Positions 55,143-64,000 of a stretch of 64,000 nt of DNA are shown here, piece after piece. The stretch's first letter is position 1, and every line of letters begins with the position of its first letter. Source of the DNA: an uncultured Muribaculaceae bacterium. GTDB taxonomy: Bacteria; Bacteroidota; Bacteroidia; Bacteroidales; UBA932. The stretch spans positions 76,835 to 140,834 of the forward strand of contig CAZOQW010000001.1 of NCBI GenBank assembly GCA_964582235.1, given 5' to 3'. A model generated the notes under the pieces. That model saw only the letters and a list, made by a program, of their open reading frames with translations. It had not been told where the DNA came from and ran no database searches. The translations under genes were made by a program, and so were the position numbers.

Positions 55143-56498
55143 ATGGCAGCACAGAAAGCATCAATCCCGAAAGGAACACGCGACTTCGGCCCCAAGGAAA
55201 TGGCCGCAAGGAATTACATTTTCGACACCATACGCTCCGTCTACCGCAGTTACGGCTACGCCCAGATAGAGACCCCCGCGATGGAGAACCTGTCCACCCT
55301 GCTCGGCAAATACGGGGAAGAGGGCGACAAACTCCTGTACCGCATCCTGAATTCGGGAGATGCCTTCGCATCGGCGGATTTCAGCAAGCCGCTCACGCCC
55401 CAGGTGTGCGAAAAGGGACTGCGCTACGACCTCACCGTGCCTTTCGCCCGTTACGTGGTGCAGCACCGCTCGGAACTGACCTTTCCCTTCAAGCGTTTCC
55501 AAATCCAGACGGTTTGGCGTGCCGACAGGCCCCAGAAGGGACGTTACCGCGAATTTTATCAGTGCGATGCCGATGCCATAGGCAGCCGCAGCCAGCTTTG
55601 CGAACTTGAACTCGTACAGATTATCGATGAGGTGTTCGCAAGGCTCGGCATCAGGGTCTGCATCAAGATAAACAACCGCAAGTTGCTCAGCGGTCTTGCT
55701 GAAATCTGCGGGCATCCGGACAAGCTCACCGACATAACCGTGGCCATAGACAAGATTGACAAGATAGGTTTGGATGCAGTCCGCGAGGAACTCGTGTCAA
55801 AAGGTCTTGATGAGGGCGCAGTGGGCAAGGTGCTGGAAATCATAGCCCTGTCCGGCTCGTTCGAGGAGAAGGTCAATGCGCTGGAGCCCCTGATGCAGGC
55901 CTCCGAGGACGGTTCAAAGGGCATTGGCGAACTCAAGGAACTGTTCGGCTACATCTCGTCCGTTCCCCTGCGCTGCGGCGTGGAACTCGACCTTTCGCTC
56001 GCCCGCGGCCTGAGCTACTACACGGGGGCGATTTTCGAGGTCAAGGCTCTGGACTGGCAGATAGGCAGCATCTGCGGCGGCGGACGCTACGACAACCTTA
56101 CCGGCATTTTCGGACTTCCTGACATGTCCGGTGTCGGCATCAGTTTCGGAGCCGACCGCATCTACGATGTAATGACCGGCTTGGGCATATTCCCCGAGAA
56201 ACTCGGCAGCGGTTGCAAGCTGCTTTTCGCAAACATGGGCAGCGAGGAACTGGGCTACGTACTCCCGATTGCATCAGCCCTACGTGCCGCCGGGCTGTCC
56301 GTGGAAATATACCCCGATTCATCCAAGCTGAAAAAGCAGTTCGACTATGCCGACCACAAGGGCATACCCTTCCTGTCAATCAACGGCAGCACGGAAATGG
56401 AGGGTCACAGCGTGAACATCAAGAACCTCGATAGCGGAGAACAGCGCAGCTTCGACAGCAGCGACATCGCCGGCATGGTGAAATTTGTAAATACCTGA
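55143..56498 (+). CDS. hisS: Histidine--tRNA ligase
   Basis: [69 protein letters not shown]; -7 TAAATTTG at 55116. Confidence 0.97.
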   Translation: MAAQKASIPKGTRDFGPKEMAARNYIFDTIRSVYRSYGYAQIETPAMENLSTLLGKYGEEGDKLLYRILNSGDAFASADFSKPLTPQVCEKGLRYDLTVPFARYVVQHRSELTFPFKRFQIQTVWRADRPQKGRYREFYQCDADAIGSRSQLCELELVQIIDEVFARLGIRVCIKINNRKLLSGLAEICGHPDKLTDITVAIDKIDKIGLDAVREELVSKGLDEGAVGKVLEIIALSGSFEEKVNALEPLMQASEDGSKGIGELKELFGYISSVPLRCGVELDLSLARGLSYYTGAIFEVKALDWQIGSICGGGRYDNLTGIFGLPDMSGVGISFGADRIYDVMTGLGIFPEKLGSGCKLLFANMGSEELGYVLPIASALRAAGLSVEIYPDSSKLKKQFDYADHKGIPFLSINGSTEMEGHSVNIKNLDSGEQRSFDSSDIAGMVKFVNT

Positions 56499-56511
56499 CG
56501 GAAAACGCCCA

Positions 56512-56573
56512 CGGCAGGCCTGTGCGATAGCGCAAGCGTAGCCGTAGGCGTGACCAACGCAGACTGAGGGGTT
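56512..56573 (-). repeat. Compact copy of the 5021-5500 repeat family between convergent hisS and gdhA
   Basis: Reverse complement aacccctcagtctgc..cacgcctacggctacgcttgcgctatcgcacaggcc matches motifs at 5073-5166. Confidence 0.85.
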
Positions 56574-57915
56574 AAACTATCCCTTCTTCCAGCATCGCCG
56601 TGGCGACCTTCATGAAACCTGCGATATTCGCACCCTTCACATAGTTCACCGTGCCGTCAGGCTGCATTCCGTACTTGACGCACTGCTCGTGGATGGACTC
56701 CATGATGAAGTGCAGCCTGTCATCGACTTCCTGACCGCTCCAGCTGATATGAGAAGCGTTCTGCGTCATTTCGAGTCCGGAGGTAGCCACACCGCCTGCA
56801 TTCACGGCCTTGCCGGGAGCGAAAAGGATTCCGTTGCTCTGGAAATAGTGTATGGCGCCGGGCTGGCAGCCCATATTGGAAACCTCGCAGCAGCACCAGG
56901 TGCCGTTGGCGACAAGTTCTTTCGCATCGTCCTCGCTCAGTTCGTTCTGGAAAGCGCAAGGCAGGGCGATATCGCACTTCACGCTCCAGGCCTTCTTTCC
57001 GGGAGTGAAGAACGCCTTGTCAGGGAAACGCGTTGCCATGTCTTCGACCTTGTCCCGGTTGGCGGCACGCATCACGAGCATATAGTCTATCATCTCGTCG
57101 GTGATTCCGTCGGGGATGGCGCAAACTCCGTCAGGGCCGGAAATCGCAACCACCTTTGCACCGAGCTGCTTGGCCTTCTTGGAGGCACCCCAGGCCACAT
57201 TGCCGAAACCTGAAACAGCAATCGTGCTGGATTCGAGCTTGCGGCCCGCACGCTTGAGCATGTTCTGCAGGAAGTATAAAGCGCCGTAACCGGTAGCCTC
57301 GGGACGCAAAATCGAGCCACCCCAGTTGAGGCCCTTGCCGGTGATGACTCCGGTGTTGTACTGCCTTGCAAGTTTGGTGTACATTCCGTACAGGTAGCCT
57401 ACCTCACGGCTGCCCACGCCCACATCACCTGCCGGTATGTCCTGGTCGGGTCCTATGCAGTTCCACAACTCCAGCATGAAAGCCTGGCAGAAACGCATGA
57501 TTTCCTCGTTTGACTTGCCGGTAGGATCGAAATCCGAACCTCCCTTCGCACCGCCCATGGGCAGGGTCGTGAGGGCATTCTTGAAAGTCTGCTCGAAGCC
57601 GAGGAATTTCAGCATCGAGGGAGAAACTGCCTTATGGAAGCGCAAGCCTCCCTTGTATGGACCTATGGCACTGTTGAACTGGACGCGATAGCCGGTATTA
57701 GTCTGGACCTCTCCCCTATCGTCCACCCAGGTGACACGGAAAGTGAAAATGCGGTCAGGCTCGACCATCCTTTCCACTATCTTGGCCTTCTCGAACTCAG
57801 GATGCTGGTTGTAAACATCCTCGATTGATTCCAAAACCTCTTGTACGGCCTCAAGATACTCGCTCTCGAGAGGGTACTTGGCACTGAGGCGGGCCATTAT
57901 GTCTTGTGTTTTCAT
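56572..57915 (-). CDS. gdhA: Glutamate dehydrogenase (NADP-type)
   Basis: GPYKGGLRFH, LPMGGAKGGSDFDP, PAGD.GVG.REVG, RPEATGYG, SGFGNVA, KAVNAGGVATSGLEM. Confidence 0.96.
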   Translation of the reverse strand: MKTQDIMARLSAKYPLESEYLEAVQEVLESIEDVYNQHPEFEKAKIVERMVEPDRIFTFRVTWVDDRGEVQTNTGYRVQFNSAIGPYKGGLRFHKAVSPSMLKFLGFEQTFKNALTTLPMGGAKGGSDFDPTGKSNEEIMRFCQAFMLELWNCIGPDQDIPAGDVGVGSREVGYLYGMYTKLARQYNTGVITGKGLNWGGSILRPEATGYGALYFLQNMLKRAGRKLESSTIAVSGFGNVAWGASKKAKQLGAKVVAISGPDGVCAIPDGITDEMIDYMLVMRAANRDKVEDMATRFPDKAFFTPGKKAWSVKCDIALPCAFQNELSEDDAKELVANGTWCCCEVSNMGCQPGAIHYFQSNGILFAPGKAVNAGGVATSGLEMTQNASHISWSGQEVDDRLHFIMESIHEQCVKYGMQPDGTVNYVKGANIAGFMKVATAMLEEGIV

Positions 57916-57949
57916 TTTATTAATTATGTGAGTAGTTGGTGTATGTATG

Positions 57950-58969
57950 TCATTTTACTTCCCAGGTCGTACCGCTGTGCAGCAGGTCGTCTACCGAATG
58001 TATCCGGGAACGGGCCATGACCTCCTTGGTCTGGTTGCGGACTCCGTCATCGTATGTGATGTCCTTCACGTCCCTTATGACGCCCAGGGCCACCGGCATG
58101 TCAGGTCCCTTCATGTCCACAAGGGCCATGTGTATGCCGATGTTGTCGGTATGGGCATCGTGTACGAGTATGTCGTCCTCCGTAAAACCGCCCTCTCCCA
58201 AGCGCACAACGCAAATCTTGCGTCCGTCGTAGATGAGGCCTTTCTCCTTGTTCTTGCCGAAAAGCATCTTCTGTCCCTGACGCAGGACTATAGTACGGTC
58301 GGCCTTCACTGCCGGGTCGGTGAGATTCCTGTGTGCCCCGTCATTGAAGATTATACAGTTGGTCAGCATCTCCATCACCGAGCAGCCGTCATGCAGGGCG
58401 GCAGCGGTCATTATTTCCTCGTTCAGCGCCAGTTCCACGTCCAACGAGCGTGCGAAGAAAGTGCCCTTCGCTCCGAGCACCAGCGCACCGGGATTGAAGG
58501 GATGCTCCACCGTGCCATAGGGCGAGGTCTTGGTGATTGCGCCGAACTTGGATGTAGGAGAATACTGTCCCTTGGTCAGTCCGTAAATCTGGTTGTTGAA
58601 CAGGATGATGTTGATGTCTATGTTGCGTCGTATCGCATGGATGAAGTGGTTACCGCCTATCGCGAGCGCGTCTCCGTCGCCGCAGGCCTGCCATACGGTA
58701 AGCCAGGGATTGGCCACCTTGATACCGGTAGCCACTGCCGTAGCGCGTCCGTGTATGCTGTGGAAACCGTAGGTGTTCATGTAATAGGGCAAACGTGACG
58801 AGCAACCTATGCCGGACACTACCACATAGCGTTCCTTGGCGTAGTTGAGAGCCTGGCTGACCTTGGGCAAGGCACGCTGGAGGGCGGCAAGTACCGCACG
58901 GTCACCGCAACCGGGACACCAGCGAACTTCCTGGTCGCTCTTGAAATCCTTGAATGTAAGTGTCGACAT
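57950..58969 (-). CDS. korB: 2-oxoacid:ferredoxin oxidoreductase beta subunit
   Basis: WCPGCGD, SGIGCSSR, HSIHGRA, GDGDALAIGGNH, NNQIYGLTKGQYSPT. Confidence 0.9.
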   Translation of the reverse strand: MSTLTFKDFKSDQEVRWCPGCGDRAVLAALQRALPKVSQALNYAKERYVVVSGIGCSSRLPYYMNTYGFHSIHGRATAVATGIKVANPWLTVWQACGDGDALAIGGNHFIHAIRRNIDINIILFNNQIYGLTKGQYSPTSKFGAITKTSPYGTVEHPFNPGALVLGAKGTFFARSLDVELALNEEIMTAAALHDGCSVMEMLTNCIIFNDGAHRNLTDPAVKADRTIVLRQGQKMLFGKNKEKGLIYDGRKICVVRLGEGGFTEDDILVHDAHTDNIGIHMALVDMKGPDMPVALGVIRDVKDITYDDGVRNQTKEVMARSRIHSVDDLLHSGTTWEVK

Positions 58970-58972
58970 GAT

Positions 58973-60814
58973 TTACATCTCCTTTTTGATTGCCTCGACC
59001 AGTTCGCTCACAAGGAACGGCTGACCCTGTATCTTGTTGTACTTATGTATGTTGCTATGAGGGAACTTTGTCCTGAGATAATCGGCGAACTGCCCGCAGT
59101 TCAACTCGCAGACAAGTATCTTCTCAAAGCCTGCCAGAACATCCCCGGTGTTGGCGGGAAGCGGGTTGATATAATCGAAATGCGCGTAGGACACGCTGTC
59201 GCCGAGCTTGTGCATGGCAGCTATGAGGTGGCCGTAAGTGCCGCCCCAGCCTACCACGAGCAGCTTGCCCTTGGCAGGGCCGTTCAGTATTTCGAGGGGC
59301 GGAAGCTTGCGGTTCACGCGCTCCACCTTCTCGGCCCGCTCCCGCACCATGGTCTCATGGTTTACGGGGTCGTTGGAAAGCACGCCTTCATGGGTCTTTT
59401 CCAGTCCTCCCACCCTGTGCTCGAAACCTTTCTGGCCGGGCAGAACCCAGCGGCGGACGAGGGTTTCAGGGTCACGCTGGAAAGGATAGTATTTGCTGTC
59501 CGGCTTCAGTATGCCCTGCACGAAAGGCGGCTTGATTTCCGGATAATCTTTCATGGAAGGTATCTTCCAAGGCTCGGAACCGTTGCCGATGAAGCCCTCG
59601 GAGAGCAGGATGACGGGGGTCATGTGCTCAAGGGCAATCTTTGCAGCCTGGAAAGCAGCGTCGAAGCAGTGTGAAGGCGAATGTGCCGCCATTACCACGA
59701 GGGGACATTCACCGTTACGGCCGTACAGGGCCTGATTGAGGTCAGACTGCTCAGTTTTGGTGGGAAGTCCTGTAGAAGGACCGCTGCGCTGCACGTCCAC
59801 TACAACAAGGGGCAGTTCAGTCATAACCGCCAGTCCGAGGGCCTCGCTCTTCAGGGACAGTCCCGGACCGGAAGTGGTCGTTACGGCAAGGTTGCCCGCG
59901 AAAGACGCTCCAATGGCCATGCAGATGCTGGCTATCTCGTCCTCAGCCTGCAGGGTCTTTGCCCCAAGGCTCTTGTGCAGGGCCAGTTCTTCAAGTATGG
60001 ACGTTGCGGGAGTGATGGGATATGAGCCGCAGAAAAGCGGGATTCCGGCTTTCTCGGCAGCTGCGAGCAGGCCCCAGGCCAGAGCCTGATTGCCGGATAT
60101 GCTCCTGTAAGTACCCTTTTCGAGGTCCTTGTTCGGCTCCACGACGTAGGTATCAGGCATCACCTGGATGTTGGCCGCATAGTTGTAGCCGTCGCAGAGG
60201 ACTTTCTTGTTCGGCTCCACGAGTTCGGGGTGTTTCTTTGAGAAACGCTTCTCGATGTTCTCGCAGATATATTCTATGGGCCGGTGGAAAATGTAGCACG
60301 CCATTCCGAGCGTGAACATGTTCTTGCAGCGCGTTACCGTCTTGCGGTCAAGCTCGCTGTTTTTGAGGCTCTCAACCGTCATTGTAGTGATTGGAGCGGG
60401 GATTATTATCCTGTCCTCAATCCCAAGTTCAAGAAACGGGTCTTCAGTGGTGAAACCGGCCTTCTTGAGCCCGATCTCATCGAAACTGTCGATATCCACG
60501 ATAATGGTCGCATGCCTCTTGCACCAGACTGCGTTGGCTTTAAGGGCGGCAGGATTCATGGCTATCAGCAGGTCACAATAGTCACCGGGCGTGGAAACTT
60601 CCTCCGAGCCTATGTGGACCTGAAATCCCGAAACACCGGAAACAGTGCCTTGAGGGGCCCGGATTTCGGCCGGATAATCGGGAAAGGTTGAAAGGTCATT
60701 GCCGAGATGCGCCGAGATATCAGCAAAAAGAGATCCGGTCAACTGCATTCCGTCGCCCGAATCTCCCGCAAATCTAATCACGACATCCTTAACGTCTATG
60801 ATTCTATGTTGCAT
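58973..60814 (-). CDS. korA: 2-oxoacid:ferredoxin oxidoreductase alpha subunit
   Basis: FAGDSGDGMQLTG, SGNQA, YPITPAT, QAEDEIA, TSGPG.SLK.E, QR.GPSTGLPTK. Confidence 0.9.
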   Translation of the reverse strand: MQHRIIDVKDVVIRFAGDSGDGMQLTGSLFADISAHLGNDLSTFPDYPAEIRAPQGTVSGVSGFQVHIGSEEVSTPGDYCDLLIAMNPAALKANAVWCKRHATIIVDIDSFDEIGLKKAGFTTEDPFLELGIEDRIIIPAPITTMTVESLKNSELDRKTVTRCKNMFTLGMACYIFHRPIEYICENIEKRFSKKHPELVEPNKKVLCDGYNYAANIQVMPDTYVVEPNKDLEKGTYRSISGNQALAWGLLAAAEKAGIPLFCGSYPITPATSILEELALHKSLGAKTLQAEDEIASICMAIGASFAGNLAVTTTSGPGLSLKSEALGLAVMTELPLVVVDVQRSGPSTGLPTKTEQSDLNQALYGRNGECPLVVMAAHSPSHCFDAAFQAAKIALEHMTPVILLSEGFIGNGSEPWKIPSMKDYPEIKPPFVQGILKPDSKYYPFQRDPETLVRRWVLPGQKGFEHRVGGLEKTHEGVLSNDPVNHETMVRERAEKVERVNRKLPPLEILNGPAKGKLLVVGWGGTYGHLIAAMHKLGDSVSYAHFDYINPLPANTGDVLAGFEKILVCELNCGQFADYLRTKFPHSNIHKYNKIQGQPFLVSELVEAIKKEM

Positions 60815-60831
60815 AGGTATGTAAATTTGCT

Positions 60832-61404
60832 CTACTGCTGTGCTCCGTTCAGCTGAGCCTGAAGTTCTGCCTGAAGGCTCTCCAAGGTACGATCCTCAGG
60901 GATGTTCATGACCTTGCGAGCGTCTGCGGTAAGGTCGGTACTCTGTGACTCGTCCACATACAGCAGAGAATTGATGTCAAAGACATAGATGTATCCGGCG
61001 GCCTTTGCGAGCTCCTGAACTGTATCGACAGCCTTCTGATAGATGGGAGCCATGAGGGCCTGCTGTTGCTGCTGCAGTTCTGCGCTGACATTCTGGTCAA
61101 ACTGCTGGATACGGGTCTGGATATCGGTGAGTTCCTGCTCCTTGCTCTGGCGTATTGCATTGGTCCAGGTAGAAGCCTTCTCCTGATATTCAGTGTATTT
61201 TGTCTGGAATTCCTGTGCCATTGCCTGATAGGTTTCCTGAGCCTCGCGGCTTGCTGCATTGATGGTTGCACGTGCTTCATCTGCCTCGGGGCAAAGCTGG
61301 ACGAGTTCAGCATAATTTACATGGGCGAATTTCGGCTGAGCAAAAGCCGCAACTCCGATAACTGTTGCCATTACGGCACTCAATAGAATCTTTTTCATAT
61401 ACAT
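60832..61404 (-). CDS. skp: OmpH/Skp periplasmic chaperone
   Basis: Signal peptide, KFAHVN, coiled coil, GY.YVFD, DLT; downstream of bamA. Confidence 0.88.
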   Translation of the reverse strand: MYMKKILLSAVMATVIGVAAFAQPKFAHVNYAELVQLCPEADEARATINAASREAQETYQAMAQEFQTKYTEYQEKASTWTNAIRQSKEQELTDIQTRIQQFDQNVSAELQQQQQALMAPIYQKAVDTVQELAKAAGYIYVFDINSLLYVDESQSTDLTADARKVMNIPEDRTLESLQAELQAQLNGAQQ

Positions 61405-61427
61405 TGTCTTTATAAAATTTCTGAATT

Positions 61428-64000
61428 TTAGAACTGTTGGCCTATCACGAAGTGGAACTGGCTGCGCTCGCTCGTTGTAGCATTGTCGAAACCGTAACCC
61501 CAGTCTACACCGAGCAGACCAATCATCGGTAGATAGATGCGCACACCGACTCCGGCGCTGCGTTTAATCTGGAAAGGATTGAACTCCCTGATGTCCGACC
61601 AGCAATTACCCCCTTCGAGGAAGGCCAGCACGTAAATGGTCGACGAGGTCTGCAGAATCACAGGATAGCGCAATTCTATGGTAAACTTGTCGTAAACGTT
61701 TCCTGCGTATGAGTAACCGCTGGAATTGTATGCAGACTCTACGTAAGGAGTCAGCGAGTAGTTCTCGTAACCGCGCAGGGCTATCACTTCCGTTCCATAG
61801 GTACTGTAACCGGACATACCGTCACCACCGACCAGGAAGCCCTCGAAAGGAGAGTATCCCCAATTTCTGTTGTAGTAGCCGAGATAACCGAACTGTGCAC
61901 GGGTCATCAGCACGAGGTCGCCCACCAGCTTGGTGTAAACGGTTCCCGAAATTTTCCACTTGTTATACTCAATCCACCTGTAACGGTTCTGCGAAGTCCA
62001 GTTGTCGTAGGTTACGTCCCTCCAGCTGTCCACAGCCACCTTGTTGCCGTCCGAATCATAGTCAAACTTGCGGAAAAGCGAGTAAGGAGGAGTCAGCTGC
62101 ATCAGGAAAGAGAATTCCGAACCCTGACGGGGATAAATCTGCTGGTCCGTGGAATTTCGCACGAGGTTGAGCGAATAGCTCAGGTTGTGCGCCATACCGT
62201 CGTCGAAGATGAAATAGCCTGAGTACCAGTTGGTCAGCTTGTAGGTCTGCCAGCTGAGTCCGTTGTACAGTATGAAGTAGCTGTCGGGCCATTTCAGACG
62301 TGTACCGATCGATGCCGAAACGCCGAACACCTCATACTGCCTGTCGTTCCTGAGTATGCTGAGCGCGAGATAGGAGTTGGTCTGGCGGGAATAGTATGCC
62401 GAAACATTGAGCGAAGTAGGCTTCTTTCCGAAGAGCCAGGGCTCCGTAAAACTGGCTGAAAGTGCGGTATAGTAGGTACCGTTCGTCTGGAAACGGAAAG
62501 AAAGGGTCTGTGCGTCTCCCAACGGTACGGGCCTCCACGCGCCCTTGTCCAAGAGCCTGTGGGTGGAGAAGTTGTTGAAGCTGACACCCACCGTCGCTAC
62601 GAATGTGTTTCCTCCCCAACCTCCGGAAACCTCAAGCTGGCTCGAAGGCTTCTCGGTTACGTTGTACACGAGATCCACCGTATTGTTGAGCTGGTTGGGG
62701 ATTATGGAATATCCCGTATTGTCCATGATGGCCTCCGCGTCGAAAAGCCCCATGGAGGCGATTTCACGGATGGAGCGCTCGAAGTCAGTCTGGCTGAACA
62801 GGTAGCCCGGACGGGTGAAGAGCTGGCGGCGGATGACCTTCTCGTTGGTCACGTCGTTGCCGTTGATGACTATGTTGTTGAGCGTAGCCTGCTTGCCTTC
62901 CGAAATACGGAATTCCACGTCTACGGAGTCATTCTGGATGTTGGTCTCGACCGGGGTTACGTTGAAGAAGAGGTAACCGTTGTCGCGGTAGAGCCTGGTA
63001 ACGTCATATTCGTTCTGCTTGCCGCCTCCGTATAGCCTGTGCTCCATTGTAACGACATCATATACGTCACCCTTGCCTACCGCAAGCACCGAATTGAGCA
63101 CATCGGAAGAATATACCGAGTTGCCGGTCCAGGTTATGTCCCTGAAGAAGTACTGGTTGCCCTCTTCAAACACGAGGTCGATGGCCAGACGGTTCGACTC
63201 TATGTAGTATACAGAGTCGCGCACTATGCGCGCGTCCCTGTAGCCGTACTCATTGAATGCGCTGACTGCGTTCTTCTTGTCGTTTTCGTATTCTTCGGGG
63301 TTGAATTTCTTGCTGCTGAAGAAGTTGTATATCTTTCTGGATTTGGTCTTCTTCATCGAACGGGCCAACTTGAAGTCCGAAACGCTCTCGTTGCCTATGA
63401 AGTTGATGTCCTTGACCTTGATTTTCTCGCCCTTGTCTATGGCGAAATTCACTCTTATGGCGTTCTTGATAATGGTATCCTTGGTAACCTCAGCCGTCAC
63501 GTCGCAGAGCAGAAAGCCCTTCTCGGCAAAATATCGCTTGATGATGTCAGAAGTGGTTTTATCCACGTATTCCGTAAATTCGCGTCCCGGACGGAGATTC
63601 ACCCTCTCCTGGATGTCCTTACGTTCGCCCTGTTTGATTCCTGAAAAACTCCAGCGTGACACCCTCGGCCTTTCCTTAATTCTTATGGTAAACCACGCGG
63701 AATCCTTCGTCACGTTCAGGCTGTCTATGGTCAGGGCTACATCGTCAAAGTAATTCTGGCGCCAAAGCCTGTCTACCACATTGGACATATCCTCGCCTGG
63801 AACCGTCACTTCCATTCCCTCGCGTATGCCGGTCAAAGAAATGATCTGCTGATCGGAATAATAGGTGTTGCCTTCGACGCTGACACCACCGACCTTGTAT
63901 TTGACAGGGCGGGTATAATCCACTTCAACGCCACTCTGCTGGGCCGAAACAAACAGCGGCACCATGAGCAGCGCCAGTGTAGTGAATAACCGAGTTTTCA
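61428..64000 (-). CDS. bamA: Outer-membrane assembly factor BamA (start probably 1 nt beyond the window)
   Basis: POTRA repeats, LY...GY.F, V.EK.S.QL..SGG, ALRGY, GAGVR-like SAGVGVR, C-terminal IGQQF; frame open to the edge as (A)TG AAA ACT CGG. Confidence 0.95.
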   Translation of the reverse strand, partial: KTRLFTTLALLMVPLFVSAQQSGVEVDYTRPVKYKVGGVSVEGNTYYSDQQIISLTGIREGMEVTVPGEDMSNVVDRLWRQNYFDDVALTIDSLNVTKDSAWFTIRIKERPRVSRWSFSGIKQGERKDIQERVNLRPGREFTEYVDKTTSDIIKRYFAEKGFLLCDVTAEVTKDTIIKNAIRVNFAIDKGEKIKVKDINFIGNESVSDFKLARSMKKTKSRKIYNFFSSKKFNPEEYENDKKNAVSAFNEYGYRDARIVRDSVYYIESNRLAIDLVFEEGNQYFFRDITWTGNSVYSSDVLNSVLAVGKGDVYDVVTMEHRLYGGGKQNEYDVTRLYRDNGYLFFNVTPVETNIQNDSVDVEFRISEGKQATLNNIVINGNDVTNEKVIRRQLFTRPGYLFSQTDFERSIREIASMGLFDAEAIMDNTGYSIIPNQLNNTVDLVYNVTEKPSSQLEVSGGWGGNTFVATVGVSFNNFSTHRLLDKGAWRPVPLGDAQTLSFRFQTNGTYYTALSASFTEPWLFGKKPTSLNVSAYYSRQTNSYLALSILRNDRQYEVFGVSASIGTRLKWPDSYFILYNGLSWQTYKLTNWYSGYFIFDDGMAHNLSYSLNLVRNSTDQQIYPRQGSEFSFLMQLTPPYSLFRKFDYDSDGNKVAVDSWRDVTYDNWTSQNRYRWIEYNKWKISGTVYTKLVGDLVLMTRAQFGYLGYYNRNWGYSPFEGFLVGGDGMSGYSTYGTEVIALRGYENYSLTPYVESAYNSSGYSYAGNVYDKFTIELRYPVILQTSSTIYVLAFLEGGNCWSDIREFNPFQIKRSAGVGVRIYLPMIGLLGVDWGYGFDNATTSERSQFHFVIGQQF

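Noticed and set aside
60128-60222. 17-bp direct repeat cttgttcggctccacga inside korA (60128-60144, 60206-60222)
   Set aside because: Both copies encode VEPNK in frame, 26 codons apart; no sign of a regulatory or mobile role.

Overview
Bacteroidales chromosomal window (Bacteroidetes-type TAnnTTTG promoters throughout; lower taxonomy not determinable from sequence alone). 1-21.3 kb and 55-64 kb are GC-rich housekeeping DNA (parE, rpsF-rpsR-rplI, psd, pepD, tldD/E, slyD, trkA, grpE-dnaJ, rplS, hisS, gdhA, korAB, skp, bamA); there are four tRNAs (Cys, Arg, Lys x2). Directly after tRNA-Arg lies a visibly AT-richer, Wzy-dependent capsule/EPS locus: tyrosine recombinase, a 216-bp invertible promoter (20-bp inverted repeats, currently pointing away from the locus = OFF), upxY, wza-wzc-wzb, three GT4s, wzy, wzx, a PglF/PglE/PglC-like amino-sugar route, and an unusual six-gene cassette (ATP-grasp, HAD, dTMP-kinase-like, APH-like kinase, two nucleotidyltransferases split at a G9 tract). 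After it come a decayed gmd/wcaF/GT2/fcl region, an antisense AAA+ ATPase, a membrane LytTR regulator, a two-Stealth cluster and a frameshifted surface lipoprotein. Two features cut across the window: (i) many genes are shrunk by internal deletions, several with short direct repeats at the apparent junction, and (ii) a dispersed GTAG-footed REP/BIME-like repeat family. No CRISPR array or rRNA was seen. All family assignments are from motif recognition, not database searches.
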